Assembly (NCBI GenBank): GCA_965215005.1
Contig: CBDCCZ010000010.1
Span: 128,001-192,000 of the forward strand
Direction of reading: 5' to 3'
Origin: Kofleriaceae bacterium
GTDB lineage: Bacteria > Myxococcota_A > Polyangia > Haliangiales > Haliangiaceae
DNA length: 64,000 nt
Shown: positions 22,756 to 32,978 of the stretch, in pieces
Numbering within the stretch: position 1 is the first letter of the stretch
How the letters are laid out: each line of letters starts with the position of its first letter
The notes under the pieces: model-generated
The model's database searches: none
Told to the model about the DNA's origin: nothing
What the model saw: only the letters and a program-made list of their open reading frames with translations
Translations under genes and position numbers: made by a program

Positions 22756-24086
22756 GCACTCCGCTGCGCAATCAGCCCGATGCCGGGCAGCTCTGGGCCG
22801 AGCTCACCGCCATCGTCGGAACTGCGCACGCCAGCGGCCGTCCCAGCTCGATCGGGCTCCCCGAGCGCGGCAGCACCGCGCCGGCGTGGGTCGTAAGACC
22901 GGGCTCGGCCGCTGAAGTGGCGGAGCTTGTGCGACTTGCAGCGCGCCACCACGTGGCGGTGATTCCAGTGGGAACGATCGCGCGCGCGCCCCAGGAGCGT
23001 CAGCTCGCGGACCGTATGCGGCTGTTCGTCGATTCGCGGCGCATGGACCACGTGCTGCATTTGGACGAGACCTCGCTCATCGTGCACGTGCAAGCGGGGC
23101 TCGCGGGTCTGGCGCTGGAAAAGATCCTCGCGCTCCGCGGCCTGAGCTTGGGCGATTATCCGCCGGCCACCTTGGCCGGCACCATCGGCGGACTACTGGC
23201 GGTGCGAACGCCGGGCAAGGCCTCGGCGCGGCATGGTTTCGTCGAAGATGCGGTTCTCGGACTTTCGGCGGTGCTAGCGGATGGCCGAACGGTTCACACC
23301 CGAGTAGCGCCGCGACGCTCGACCGGTCCCGATCTGGCGCGCGCGCTGTGCGGCAGCGAAGGCACGCTGGGCTTCATCACCTCAGCGGTGCTGCGCATCC
23401 ACCGGCAGCCCGAGGCCAGATTTCTGGCGGCTCATGCACTGCCTGACTTCGCGCGAGCACTCACGGCTGCCAATCTCGCTCTCAAAGAAGAAGCAACGCC
23501 GGCAGCCCTGCGCATCTATGACTATGCCGAAGCGCACTCGCAGCTGGGCAAAGGACCCTGGCGGCCCGGCGAGGCGGTCATGGTGGTAGCGACCGCGGGG
23601 CCCACCGACTTGGCGGCATGCGATCGCGATCTGCTGGCCAGCGCCGCGGTCGTAGAAGGCGGGCGGCCGCTCGCGCGGAGCGTCGCCGAGTCCTGGTGGC
23701 GGCGGCGCATGGGGTATGAAGCGGCGACGGCCAGCTCGATGCCGTCGCTGCAGGTGACCGCGTCTCCGGGTCGGCAGGTGCAAGTGTATCGCGCGGTGCT
23801 CGAGGCGGCCGCCAGTGCCGGGGCCCCGGCGCGAGCTCATGCCTCGCGCTTTGGCCTCGACGGCGCGGTGATGTTCTTTAGCGTTGCAGCGCCCGAGGGC
23901 GGCGCGTCGGAGAATGCAGCGGCTGCGCTCGAGGCCGCCGCGAAGGCCGCTGGCGCCGCTGGCGCCTATCTTCTCGACAACTCGCTCCCCGCCATGGACC
24001 CGTACCTGAGCGACTTGCGCCGTCACCTCGACCCGCACGGGATCATGAATCCGGGGGCGCTCAATCCTCTGCGGGACGCGCCGTAG
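22752..24086 (+). CDS. FAD-binding oxidoreductase subunit (GlcE-like, lacks the C-terminal His motif)
   Basis: GTIGGLL, GSEGTLGFIT, DPHGIMNPG; ATGA overlap with the upstream gene. Confidence 0.85.
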   Translation: MSTPLRNQPDAGQLWAELTAIVGTAHASGRPSSIGLPERGSTAPAWVVRPGSAAEVAELVRLAARHHVAVIPVGTIARAPQERQLADRMRLFVDSRRMDHVLHLDETSLIVHVQAGLAGLALEKILALRGLSLGDYPPATLAGTIGGLLAVRTPGKASARHGFVEDAVLGLSAVLADGRTVHTRVAPRRSTGPDLARALCGSEGTLGFITSAVLRIHRQPEARFLAAHALPDFARALTAANLALKEEATPAALRIYDYAEAHSQLGKGPWRPGEAVMVVATAGPTDLAACDRDLLASAAVVEGGRPLARSVAESWWRRRMGYEAATASSMPSLQVTASPGRQVQVYRAVLEAAASAGAPARAHASRFGLDGAVMFFSVAAPEGGASENAAAALEAAAKAAGAAGAYLLDNSLPAMDPYLSDLRRHLDPHGIMNPGALNPLRDAP

Positions 24087-24485
24087 TCGCCGTAGTCGCC
24101 GCTGTCGGTCGCTCCGCAGGGGCCAATGGCCCCGCCGAGCTGGCGACACCCGCCACACTCGAGCAACGCTTCGGAGCGAGAAAGACGACCCGTCGCTTGC
24201 GCGCGCGCAGCTCCGCGTGGTGGAGCACCGAGTCCCAGGCGCGGCGAACGGAAATCAGGTGGTTAGCGGCTGAGGCGGCACGGTCGGTGGCTTGATAGGT
24301 CGCCGGCGCCGGATCCAACCGATGGCTAGGCCGGCTGGCTAACCACCATGGGAGTGGAGTCCCCAGCAATCTTGCCAAAACGGCGGTCTAACGGGCAACT
24401 TCGGTAGAGAATACTAAATGAATTCAAATGCCTAGCCTGCATGGGGTCAAGACCCCCAGGGGCCGGGGGTTTTCTCCCCAAACGG

Positions 24486-24525
24486 AATTACAGGCCCGTT
24501 ACAACGCCAATACACCCTCAGAACA
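24486..24525 (-). promoter_or_regulatory. four direct repeats at exact 11-bp period (Pho-box/OmpR-family-like)
   Basis: Minus strand TGTTCtgaggg TGTATtggcgt TGTAAcgggcc TGTAAtt; ACA at 24490, 24501, 24512 and 24523. Confidence 0.5.
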
Positions 24526-24691
24526 CCCTCGCCAAGCCAACCAGGGATCGCTGAGTTAGCCGCTTCTTGCAACTCGGCATCGCCATTGCAAAGTGGGAGT
24601 ACAGCCTCCGCTGCACGAGATTGAGCCCCACCCGCTGCGTTGACCATTGACACGGGGACCAAACTCGCCGGGAGCCCGTCGGAGCGATCGC

Positions 24692-25393
24692 CTAGTCGCT
24701 CCGGCGGGCGCGATAACCGAAACCTGGCACGGTTTCGATGACATTCGCGCCCTCGCCCAGGTTCTTGCGCAGACGCCGGACGTGGACGTCCACGGTTCGC
24801 GCGCCCGAGCCGCTCTTCATGTCCCAAACCGTGGACAGAAGCTCCTCGCGGGTGAACACGCGGCCCGGCTGCGCCATGAGGGTGATCAGGAGCTTGAACT
24901 CGAGCGGCCGCAGTGCCACCGCCGCGCCGTTTACCCGCACCGCGTGAGTCGACGCATCGACCTCAACCTCCCCACCGCGCAAAACCTCACCTGCAGATGC
25001 CTCGCTCGCACGCCGCCGTTCCCCAACTCGGGATGCCAGCGCCCGGACCCGCAACACCACCTCGCGCACATTGAACGGCTTGACGACGTAGTCATCCGCT
25101 CCGGCCTCGAGACCTTCGATGCGATCCTCGTCGGCGCCTAGCGCCGTGAGCACCACGACCCCGACATCGCCGAGGTCGGGATCGCGACGAATCCGCCGGC
25201 ACACGTCGAGCCCCGACATGTCGGGCAACATCAAGTCGAGCACCACCACCGTTGGCTGCTGCCGCGCGAGCGCTAACAAACCGTCGGCGGCGGTATGCGC
25301 GCTGGCAACTTCAAAACCGTCGTTTTGCAGATTGAACGCCAAGAGCCGACAAACGTCGCGCTCGTCTTCGACAATGAGCACGCGCTCGGGCAT
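24692..25393 (-). CDS. PhoB-like response regulator
   Basis: IVEDE, LDLMLPDMSG, GADDYVVKPF, RTVDVHVRRLRK, ETVPGFGY. Confidence 0.92.
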   Translation of the reverse strand: MPERVLIVEDERDVCRLLAFNLQNDGFEVASAHTAADGLLALARQQPTVVVLDLMLPDMSGLDVCRRIRRDPDLGDVGVVVLTALGADEDRIEGLEAGADDYVVKPFNVREVVLRVRALASRVGERRRASEASAGEVLRGGEVEVDASTHAVRVNGAAVALRPLEFKLLITLMAQPGRVFTREELLSTVWDMKSGSGARTVDVHVRRLRKNLGEGANVIETVPGFGYRARRSD

Positions 25394-25416
25394 TGCCTCT
25401 GATTTACCATGATCGC
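25394..25416. promoter_or_regulatory. 23-nt bidirectional promoter feeding two probably leaderless genes
   Basis: TACCAT (25405-10) +6 nt GTG on +; TGgTAAATC +7 nt ATG on -; shared TA at 25405-06. Confidence 0.55.
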
Positions 25417-26805
25417 GTGAAGCTGTCGTTCCGCTCCAAGCTGCTCGCCTCCTATCTCGCCTTGGTCGCAGCCACCGCCGGCATCACCTATCTGGTCACC
25501 GACCGCTCGCTGTCGCGGCAGCTCGAAGCGCAAGTCGATCGCCGTCTCACCACCCAAGCAGAGGGAGTGTCGCGATGGCTCGCACGCGCGCGACACTTCG
25601 AAAATCTTGCTCCACGGCTGGGTGCCGTCGTTGGCGCTCGAGTGACGTTCTTCGACGCTGGCGGCTTCCCCATTGGCGACTCGCTCTATCCCGGCGATGC
25701 GCTGCCTGCGATGCAGCCCGCCGATACTCAGGAGGTCCAGAGAGCGCGCGCCGGCGACATTGGCCACGCCACCCGCTTTGCCGCCGACGAAGGCCAGCGG
25801 ATGCGGTTTGCCGCCGTGCCCGCGCCGCACGAGATGATCGTCCGCTTGGGCGTGCCTACCGCCGAGCTCGATGATACCCGCGCTGCGTTGCGCCGCCGGC
25901 TGCTGATGTCGTCCTCGGTCGCGCTAGCTATCGCGCTGGCGCTGGCGCTGCTAGTGGCGAACACGGTGGCGCGACCGCTGCGCCGAATGACCGCCGCTGC
26001 CGAGCAACTGGGACGCGGCGATTACGCGTTGCCCGCGCCCTCGCCCTCGCCCGATGAAATCGGCCTGCTCTCCCGCACGCTATCGGCGACAGCGACGCGG
26101 CTGGAGCGGCTCGAGGCAATGCGCCGCGAGTTCTTGGCCAACGTCGCTCACGAGCTGCGCACGCCCGTGACGTCGATCCGCGGCTATGCCGAGACCTTGG
26201 CCTCGGCCGACGTGGACGCTGACACGCGGGCTGAATTTCTGGCTACAATTCACCGCAACTCGCTGCGCATTGCGCGGCTGGTCGACGACCTATTGCAGCT
26301 GCAAGCGCTGGAAGCCGAGGACGCGGGCGTAGGGCCCGCCGTCGAAGCGGTGATCGTTCGCGACGTCGCCGAGCTGGTCAAGCGAACCGTTGGCGGCGCC
26401 GCGGAGGAGCGCGGCTCGAGCATCGTGATCGAGGCGCCTCCTCAGATGACGGCGCAAGCAGATGCCGATCGGCTCGAGCAGATCTTGCAGAACTTGGTCG
26501 AGAACGGCATCAAATACGCGGGTCCAGGCGCCACCATCACGGTAAGGGCCGAGCGTCGCGGGGCGCGGGTGGCCATCTGCGTTGCCGACGATGGGCCAGG
26601 AATTCAGCCTGCCCACTTGCCGCGTTTGTTCGAGCGCTTCTTTCGCATCGATAGCGGTCGCTCGAGCGACTCCGGCGGCACCGGCTTGGGGCTCGCCATC
26701 GTCAAGCATCTGGCTGAGTCCCTGGGCGGCTCGGTGACGGTCGAGAGCGGGGTGGAGCGCGGCACCACCTTCACGGTCAACTTGCCAGCTGGCGGCGCCA
26801 CCTAG
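25417..26805 (+). CDS. PhoR-like HAMP sensor histidine kinase
   Basis: Two TMs, HAMP (PLRRM..DEIGLL), [43 protein letters not shown]. Confidence 0.92.
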   Translation: MKLSFRSKLLASYLALVAATAGITYLVTDRSLSRQLEAQVDRRLTTQAEGVSRWLARARHFENLAPRLGAVVGARVTFFDAGGFPIGDSLYPGDALPAMQPADTQEVQRARAGDIGHATRFAADEGQRMRFAAVPAPHEMIVRLGVPTAELDDTRAALRRRLLMSSSVALAIALALALLVANTVARPLRRMTAAAEQLGRGDYALPAPSPSPDEIGLLSRTLSATATRLERLEAMRREFLANVAHELRTPVTSIRGYAETLASADVDADTRAEFLATIHRNSLRIARLVDDLLQLQALEAEDAGVGPAVEAVIVRDVAELVKRTVGGAAEERGSSIVIEAPPQMTAQADADRLEQILQNLVENGIKYAGPGATITVRAERRGARVAICVADDGPGIQPAHLPRLFERFFRIDSGRSSDSGGTGLGLAIVKHLAESLGGSVTVESGVERGTTFTVNLPAGGAT

Positions 26806-26818
26806 ATGTCCGAAAAGC

Positions 26819-27106
26819 CTATTCCAGGCTCTGCCACCATCGACGCGCTACTTTTCCCAGCTGCGAGCCAACCTGCCGCACGGTCTTGACGGCGCGATGA
26901 TTGGCAGGTGAGCGCTCGACCTTGGGCCCGACTGCCACGATCGCTGTTAGCCCAATCGCGACGATCGCGTAGCAGTACAACGTGTACGCAGGATAGGCGA
27001 AGGCGACCGCGAACAGCACCGCAGAGGCCGCCGCCGCATACACGCCGCGACGCGAGCCAAAGTAATACGCAGTAACCAACCCGATGATGGCAGCGGCGAG
27101 AATCAC
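26819..27106 (-). CDS. small membrane hypothetical protein
   Basis: Three hydrophobic segments; TACACT -10 6 nt before GTG. Confidence 0.7.
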   Translation of the reverse strand: MILAAAIIGLVTAYYFGSRRGVYAAAASAVLFAVAFAYPAYTLYCYAIVAIGLTAIVAVGPKVERSPANHRAVKTVRQVGSQLGKVARRWWQSLE

Positions 27107-27144
27107 CGCGTTAGTGTACGCTCTCCCTCCAGCGAGACAATCCC

Positions 27145-27981
27145 ATGATGACCCTGCTGTTCGCGAGCATCGTCGCGCTCGTATTCGCGTTGCTCTTGCC
27201 GGGCCGGCGCAGCGTCTCCGAAGAGCGCCGTCGTGCGGTGCAGCGGGGGGCGGCGCGCATCGAGGAGGAGATGGCGGCGGTTTACGGTGGCGAGCACGAA
27301 TATCGAGAGGTGTCGCCTGGGGAGTTTCCGCACCTCGATATCGGCTTTTACGACCGCGCCGCCGCTGAGCTAGAACGCTGCGGGTTCCGCCGCATCGCTG
27401 ATATCGAGGACCTCACGCTCAGCCGCGCGCACCCGCACTTGCGCACCTTCATCCGCACCATGCTCGATGAAGCGGGTCTCATTCGGGTTGCCATCGTGCA
27501 TATGCGCCCGCGCGGGCTCCTCGTTTGGCTCCTGCAAGCGGCCCGGCTGGTGCCGCGACACATCAAGCTCGTGGAGTTGGTGACGGAAGCGCCTGCGGGC
27601 AGATTCCTCTCGACCGCTCCGACCAAAGGCGTAGACCACATGACGCCGCCGGCGGAGTTTCTCATTGAGAAGTACCCAATAGATACTCCCATCCGACAAC
27701 TGCTCGAGCGTCATCGCGAGCGCCTTCAAGAGCTCGTTGCCAAAGAGCCGCATCTCACGCCCGTTTACTTGGCAGACCTCGGCGACCTGCTCGCCTCGGT
27801 GCAGCGGGGCAACATCATTCTCTCGCGCTTCCGGCAACAGATCGGCGGCCTCACGCGGGAAGAGCTCGAGCACATCGCTGCGCGTCCGCTCAGCGAGAGC
27901 GATGAGGAGCTCCTGCGCGAGGTCCGCCGCCGGCAACAGGCTCGCGCCGCCGCAGACGAGCCGAGCCCGGAGAGCACCTAG
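27145..27981 (+). CDS. hypothetical protein with N-terminal membrane anchor
   Basis: 278-aa ORF with coding-like composition, convergent with the next gene. Confidence 0.7.
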   Translation: MMTLLFASIVALVFALLLPGRRSVSEERRRAVQRGAARIEEEMAAVYGGEHEYREVSPGEFPHLDIGFYDRAAAELERCGFRRIADIEDLTLSRAHPHLRTFIRTMLDEAGLIRVAIVHMRPRGLLVWLLQAARLVPRHIKLVELVTEAPAGRFLSTAPTKGVDHMTPPAEFLIEKYPIDTPIRQLLERHRERLQELVAKEPHLTPVYLADLGDLLASVQRGNIILSRFRQQIGGLTREELEHIAARPLSESDEELLREVRRRQQARAAADEPSPEST

Positions 27982-29138
27982 GCGCCCGACGCTTGCCCGA
28001 GCGCACGCTCGAGATCGGCCCACACGTCCTCGACCGATTCGATGCCGATGGAGAGCCGCAAGATACCGTCACCGATGCCCGCTTCGCGACGCTCGGCTTC
28101 GCTCAGGGACGCATGGGATGAGCTGGCCGGGTGCGATGCGGTGGTGGTGACGCCCCCGAGACTCGGCGACAACGTGATCAGCTCGAACGCGGCCACCACC
28201 CTTTCGGCAGCGACGCGAGACCCGAGGTCGAAGCTCACGAGTGCACAGCGATCGCTGCTGTAGACGTTCTCGAGCCGCCGGCTGTCACCGAGCCGCGCGT
28301 CGTGAAGGCGCTGCGCGAGCACGGCGGCGCTGCGCCAGGCGTGCTGCATCCGCAGCGCGAGCGTGCGGATCCCGCGAACGGCAAGCCAGGCCTCGAGCGG
28401 CGCGGCGTGCAGTCCCATGCGCCGAATCACGCCACGCGCGGCGTTCACCAGCTCGCTCGCGCCGACCACGGCGCCGGCGCAGAGATCGTGATGACCGCCG
28501 AGAAACTTGGTGGCCGAGTGGATCACCAGGTCGGCACCGCTCGTGATGGGTCGATCGCGCAGCGGCGTCGCGAAGGTGTTGTCGACGATGACCTTGGCGT
28601 TTGCCTGATGTGCCCGATCAACGATTGCAGCGAGGTCGATGCAGCGAAGCAGCGGATTGGACACCGTCTCCACCAGCGCGACCGCTGCGCCATCGATGGC
28701 TCGTGCGAACGCGGCCTGATCGTAGACATCAACGTAGTCAATAGCGACCCCGAGCCGAGCGAGGTCGGCATCGAAGAACCCACGCGTGCCGCCATAGGCG
28801 TCGCGTTGACAGACGATGCGGTCGCCGGCTCGGACAATCGATAGCACCGCCGCCGCAATCGCGCCCATCCCCGAGCCCGTGGCCACGCCAGCGGGCGCCT
28901 CTTCGAGAGCGGCGATGGCCTCGCCGAGCTCGTCGGTATTGGGGACGCCGTAGCGGCGATAGGCATACCCCTGTCCCGCCAACGCCGGCAGCGATTCTTC
29001 GATAGACGCGAAATCGAACACCGACACCTGATACAGCGGCGTCACGTGCGAATGCGGCGCCGCGCCTGCGGTAGGACGACGCGGCAAGCCCGCGTGGGCG
29101 CAGAGAGTATCGAGCTCGAGACGACGGGTCTGAGGCAT
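27978..29138 (-). CDS. PLP-dependent trans-sulfuration enzyme (cystathionine gamma-synthase/lyase family)
   Basis: [45 protein letters not shown]. Confidence 0.92.
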   Translation of the reverse strand: MPQTRRLELDTLCAHAGLPRRPTAGAAPHSHVTPLYQVSVFDFASIEESLPALAGQGYAYRRYGVPNTDELGEAIAALEEAPAGVATGSGMGAIAAAVLSIVRAGDRIVCQRDAYGGTRGFFDADLARLGVAIDYVDVYDQAAFARAIDGAAVALVETVSNPLLRCIDLAAIVDRAHQANAKVIVDNTFATPLRDRPITSGADLVIHSATKFLGGHHDLCAGAVVGASELVNAARGVIRRMGLHAAPLEAWLAVRGIRTLALRMQHAWRSAAVLAQRLHDARLGDSRRLENVYSSDRCALVSFDLGSRVAAERVVAAFELITLSPSLGGVTTTASHPASSSHASLSEAERREAGIGDGILRLSIGIESVEDVWADLERALGQASGA

Positions 29139-29161
29139 GCGCCGATGATATGATGACCGCC
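29139..29161. promoter_or_regulatory. 23-nt bidirectional promoter feeding two probably leaderless genes
   Basis: TATGAT (29149-54) +7 nt GTG on +; TATCAT +6 nt ATG on -; shared TA at 29149-50. Confidence 0.6.
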
Positions 29162-30277
29162 GTGTCCGAGGGCTTTTCATCGGCGAGTGTCGCAAAGCAG
29201 CTGGATTACTGCACCTATTGCCCCAAGATGTGCAGGCATTCGTGTCCCGTCTCGGCGGCAACTGGCAAGGAAACGTACATTCCTCAAGCCAAGATGGATC
29301 GCCTCAACCAGCTGCGAAAAGCCACCGAGCCGTGGTCCCCGGCGAGCGCCGAACCGCTGTGGGCGTGCACCGGCTGTCGGCAGTGCACGACGTATTGCAA
29401 TCACGGAAATGAGCCCGGCCTGGTGCTGTTTAGCGGCCGTGCCGCGGCGACCTCCCGCGGCGCCGGTCATCCCAATCTCGCCAGCTATCCCGATCGGTTT
29501 CGCAACCGAGAAGATCGGCTGGTCGAACAGGCCCGGGCGGCGTTCGAGCCGGCTTGCTTCAGCGCTGACGCCGAAGTGGGTTTCTGGCCCGGATGCGATG
29601 GCATCGATAAAGGTCTCGATGACGTGCGCGCGAGTCTCGAGCTGTTTGCGCGGATCGGCGAGCAAGACGTACGGCTCGTCGATGCGCGGCAAGCCTGCGC
29701 CGGCTATCCGCTGTTGGCGGCGGGGTATCCCGACATGTTTCGCTGGCACGCCGGCAAGGTCGCAACGGCGCTGAAGCGATTTCGCACGGTCGTCATCAAC
29801 TGCTCCGCGTGCCTTTACACCATGCGCGCGCAGTACCCCGCCGAAGGCGTGACGTTGGTCCCTTCGGTGGTCTCCCTGGCCGAGTTTCTGGCTCGAGCGG
29901 CGATCCGGCTACCCGACATCGAGCGCAAGCCGGTGGTCTACTACCACGATCCCTGTTATCTGGCCCGCTACGAAGGCGTTCTCGAAGAACCCCGACGGGT
30001 CTTACGCCAAGTGGCCGAGGTGCGCGAGCTGGCTTGGTCTGGCACCGATACCGAGTGCTGCGGCGGCGCGGGCGTTTTGCCCAAGACCATGCCGGACGTC
30101 GCCGATGCGATGGCGCGTCGCCGCCTCGAAGAGGTTGCAACGCACGGCGGCGGCACCGTGGTGACCTCGTGCGCCACGTGCGCATTCATGCTGCGACGCA
30201 ACGCTCCCAGCGGCGTCGAGGTCAAAGACCTGCCCACCGCGGTGATCGACCTCGTCCGCAACCTCGCCACCGCGTGA
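29162..30277 (+). CDS. (Fe-S)-binding protein, GlcF/GlpC-like (2x 4Fe-4S plus CCG domains)
   Basis: [42 protein letters not shown]; alternative start ATG 29150. Confidence 0.9.
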   Translation: MSEGFSSASVAKQLDYCTYCPKMCRHSCPVSAATGKETYIPQAKMDRLNQLRKATEPWSPASAEPLWACTGCRQCTTYCNHGNEPGLVLFSGRAAATSRGAGHPNLASYPDRFRNREDRLVEQARAAFEPACFSADAEVGFWPGCDGIDKGLDDVRASLELFARIGEQDVRLVDARQACAGYPLLAAGYPDMFRWHAGKVATALKRFRTVVINCSACLYTMRAQYPAEGVTLVPSVVSLAEFLARAAIRLPDIERKPVVYYHDPCYLARYEGVLEEPRRVLRQVAEVRELAWSGTDTECCGGAGVLPKTMPDVADAMARRRLEEVATHGGGTVVTSCATCAFMLRRNAPSGVEVKDLPTAVIDLVRNLATA

Positions 30278-30281
30278 TTTC

Positions 30282-31976
30282 CTAGCCTGTTTTCCCGCCG
30301 CTGCTGCCCACCATCGCAGTCCAGTCGCTGCGCTCCACACCATACGCCCGACGGATCGCCTCCATCGTGGGCTGCTCGCCGATGCCCAACGGAATCGGCA
30401 GGCTGCTCAGATACGCGGTCTTCATGCGCATGTAGCCGCCGCGGAGCGGGATGCCGGTCTCGCTCAGCCACAAGCTCACCGCCGGCGACCGCAGCACCGC
30501 CGCGATCAGCGGCAGTGGAATGTCGTTGGTCGCGCGAAGCGCGTACGCCGAATCGAGAATCAAGCCCCCACTGCAGTCGATCCCAACGCGCGGGACCCGC
30601 ACCACATCGGGAACAATGAGCTTGGCAGCGGTGTCACGCAGAAATACGAGATTCTGCGGACGCCCAAAACGATAGAAGCGGGCATCGCGGTACTTGCCGC
30701 CCTCGCGCTCTTCTAGCAGCGCTCGAGTCGCGGCGAAATACGCCGCCGCGCAAGGAAAGTAGCGTGCGAGCGTCTCGGGGGCGATGAGCTGCGCGTTGAC
30801 GTACGGAGTGATGCAACGGCGTCGCGAATCGATGGCCGCGTTGTCGCGAATATCGCGGCCGCGGGCACAGGGAACAGCTAGCGCCGATTCGATAGCCACC
30901 TCGCGTTCGAGCGCGTTCGAGTAGCCGCGCACCAGCTCGCCGTGCTCCTCGCAGCGCTCGAGCAAATACACGCGGTCCGCGTTGGTGCCGGTGCCCTTGG
31001 CGATGCGAGCAACGCTGCCGAGCGGCGGTCCAGCTCGCCGCATGGTCTCGATGAGGGTGCGCCGGGTACCGATTGAGAGCCGCCACGGCTCGGCGCCTAG
31101 CGACGATGCCGAGACACAACCAACCGACCACTGGCCGCCTGCGGCACGCGCGATTGCCACCGCAGATGTCGGTGCGCGCGACAAAACGATCAGCGATGCA
31201 TACGTCGTAGCGCCCGCGAACAGCTGCTTGGCACCGAAGTCGACGATTGCCTCCACGCTCCGCGCCGCTGCCAACAGCGCGCGCAGCGGCGCCGCAGCTT
31301 GCGCCGTGAGCCAGCGCGATGGCACCACCAAACCCACGCCGCCGCTGGGGCGCGCCCACTGCAGTGATTGCTCGAGAAACGCCGCATAGAGGTCCCATTC
31401 GCCGTGTGAGGTCGCTGCGTAGCGGCCACGGAGTTGGCGCCAGAGTGCAGGGTCGGTGCGCGCCAAGTGCACGCTGCGCTGATATGGCGGGTTGCCGACC
31501 ACCACGTCGAACTTGCCAAGACCAGCGGGTCCGTCGCTGAGCGCTTCACAACAGTGGACGCTTGTGAGCGACTCGAGAGCCGCGGCGGCGACCGCAGCAA
31601 ATCTCGGCGCTCGCTCGAGGCCCACGATGCAGGTAGCGGCGATGGCAGCGCGCGCTCGCGACCGCTCAAAGCCACGGCTAACGGCGGCATTGGTCATTCT
31701 CTCGCGTGCCGCTAACAAGAAGCGCCCGTCACCGCACGCCGGATCGAGCACGCGGATGGATGGCGCCCCGGCGGCGCTCCATTGCACCTCCGCCGCGGTA
31801 AGCCGCGGCTCGAGAACTTGCTCGAGGATCAACTCGACCAGCGGCACGGGCGTGAAATAGGCGCCGCGCGCGCGGCGACTCGCCCGCGAGGACGCCGCAT
31901 CGATAGCGGCAACGTCACCAGCCGCACTAGCAGCAAGTTGTCGATCGAGCTTCGCGAGCCGCTCTACCGTCAGCAC
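30282..31976 (-). CDS. N6-adenine DNA methyltransferase (gamma class, TaqI/Eco57I-like), no partner nuclease seen
   Basis: [28 protein letters not shown]-terminal TRD-like region; TACCTT -10 6 nt before GTG 31976. Confidence 0.88.
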   Translation of the reverse strand: MLTVERLAKLDRQLAASAAGDVAAIDAASSRASRRARGAYFTPVPLVELILEQVLEPRLTAAEVQWSAAGAPSIRVLDPACGDGRFLLAARERMTNAAVSRGFERSRARAAIAATCIVGLERAPRFAAVAAAALESLTSVHCCEALSDGPAGLGKFDVVVGNPPYQRSVHLARTDPALWRQLRGRYAATSHGEWDLYAAFLEQSLQWARPSGGVGLVVPSRWLTAQAAAPLRALLAAARSVEAIVDFGAKQLFAGATTYASLIVLSRAPTSAVAIARAAGGQWSVGCVSASSLGAEPWRLSIGTRRTLIETMRRAGPPLGSVARIAKGTGTNADRVYLLERCEEHGELVRGYSNALEREVAIESALAVPCARGRDIRDNAAIDSRRRCITPYVNAQLIAPETLARYFPCAAAYFAATRALLEEREGGKYRDARFYRFGRPQNLVFLRDTAAKLIVPDVVRVPRVGIDCSGGLILDSAYALRATNDIPLPLIAAVLRSPAVSLWLSETGIPLRGGYMRMKTAYLSSLPIPLGIGEQPTMEAIRRAYGVERSDWTAMVGSSGGKTG

Positions 31977-32033
31977 CGAATGAAGGTAGCAGTCGTGTCT
32001 GAAGAGCGGGTGTCGGCGGTATAGTGGCAGCGC

Positions 32034-32978
32034 ATGGGCGAGCCGCGAACGGTCTTGGTGGTGAATCCGCAGTCGCAACAGGGGGCGCTGGGGCAGCGAT
32101 GGCCGCAGCTGTCACGACAGATTCGCCGTCACTTGGTGTTCGATGAGGTGCACACCCGCGGTCCAGGCGATGCAACGCGTCTCGCTCGCGAGGCGCTCGA
32201 GGCAGGCGCCGAGCAAGTGGTCGCGATCGGCGGCGACGGCACCATCAATGAAGTCGTCAATGGCTTTTTCAAAGATGGTCGGCCGGTGGCGCCAGAGGCG
32301 GCGCTCGGGCTGCTGCCGTTTGGCACCGGCGGCGACTTCCGCAAAACCGTCCACGTACCCAAAGATGTCGAACGAGCCGCGGCAATCTTAGCGAGCGGCC
32401 GCCGCCGGCGGATCGACCTCGGCATGCTCGAATACACCACCGACGATGGTGGTCGCGCTCGGCGGATATTCGCCAACATCGCCTCGTTTGGGATCAGCGG
32501 CGTCGTTGATCGGCTCGTCAACGAGTCGTCCAAGAGGCTCGGCGGCCGCCTCTCGTTCATGGTGGGAACCGCCAAAGCGACGATGAGCTACACCAACCAG
32601 CGAGTCCGGCTCGTCTTTGATAACGACTCCGGCAGCGCCGTTGAGATGCTGATCAACACGGTTGCAATCGCCAATGGCCGCTACTTCGGCGGCGGCATGC
32701 GCATCGCGCCCCACGCCGAGCTCGATGATGGCCTGTTCGACGTCGTCGCGCTCGGCGACCTCGGGCTGCGCGACTTCGTGCTGCACGGCCGCCGCATCTA
32801 CGCAGGGACGCATCTCGGCATGGACAAGATCAGTCACCGCCGCGCGCGGCGAATCGACGCCGAGCCGATCGGCAGCGACCGCGTCGAGCTCGACGTCGAC
32901 GGCGAAACGCCAGGACGTCTACCGGCGACGTTCCAGGTCGTCCCGCAGGCATTGAATCTGGTCATTCCTACAGCCTGA
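32034..32978 (+). CDS. diacylglycerol kinase family lipid kinase (YegS/DgkB-like)
   Basis: VVNP, GGDGTINEVVNG, PFGTGGDF, NGRYFGGG, DVDGE. Confidence 0.93.
   Translation: MGEPRTVLVVNPQSQQGALGQRWPQLSRQIRRHLVFDEVHTRGPGDATRLAREALEAGAEQVVAIGGDGTINEVVNGFFKDGRPVAPEAALGLLPFGTGGDFRKTVHVPKDVERAAAILASGRRRRIDLGMLEYTTDDGGRARRIFANIASFGISGVVDRLVNESSKRLGGRLSFMVGTAKATMSYTNQRVRLVFDNDSGSAVEMLINTVAIANGRYFGGGMRIAPHAELDDGLFDVVALGDLGLRDFVLHGRRIYAGTHLGMDKISHRRARRIDAEPIGSDRVELDVDGETPGRLPATFQVVPQALNLVIPTA

Noticed and set aside
24081..24107. ccgtagtcg 9-mer repeated 2-3 times at a stop codon
   Set aside because: Too short, no spacers; not CRISPR or a meaningful VNTR
24061..24378. 105-aa minus-strand ORF as a confident CDS
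   Set aside because: TTG start, no recognisable motif, overlaps the upstream gene end; kept only as a possibility within a finding
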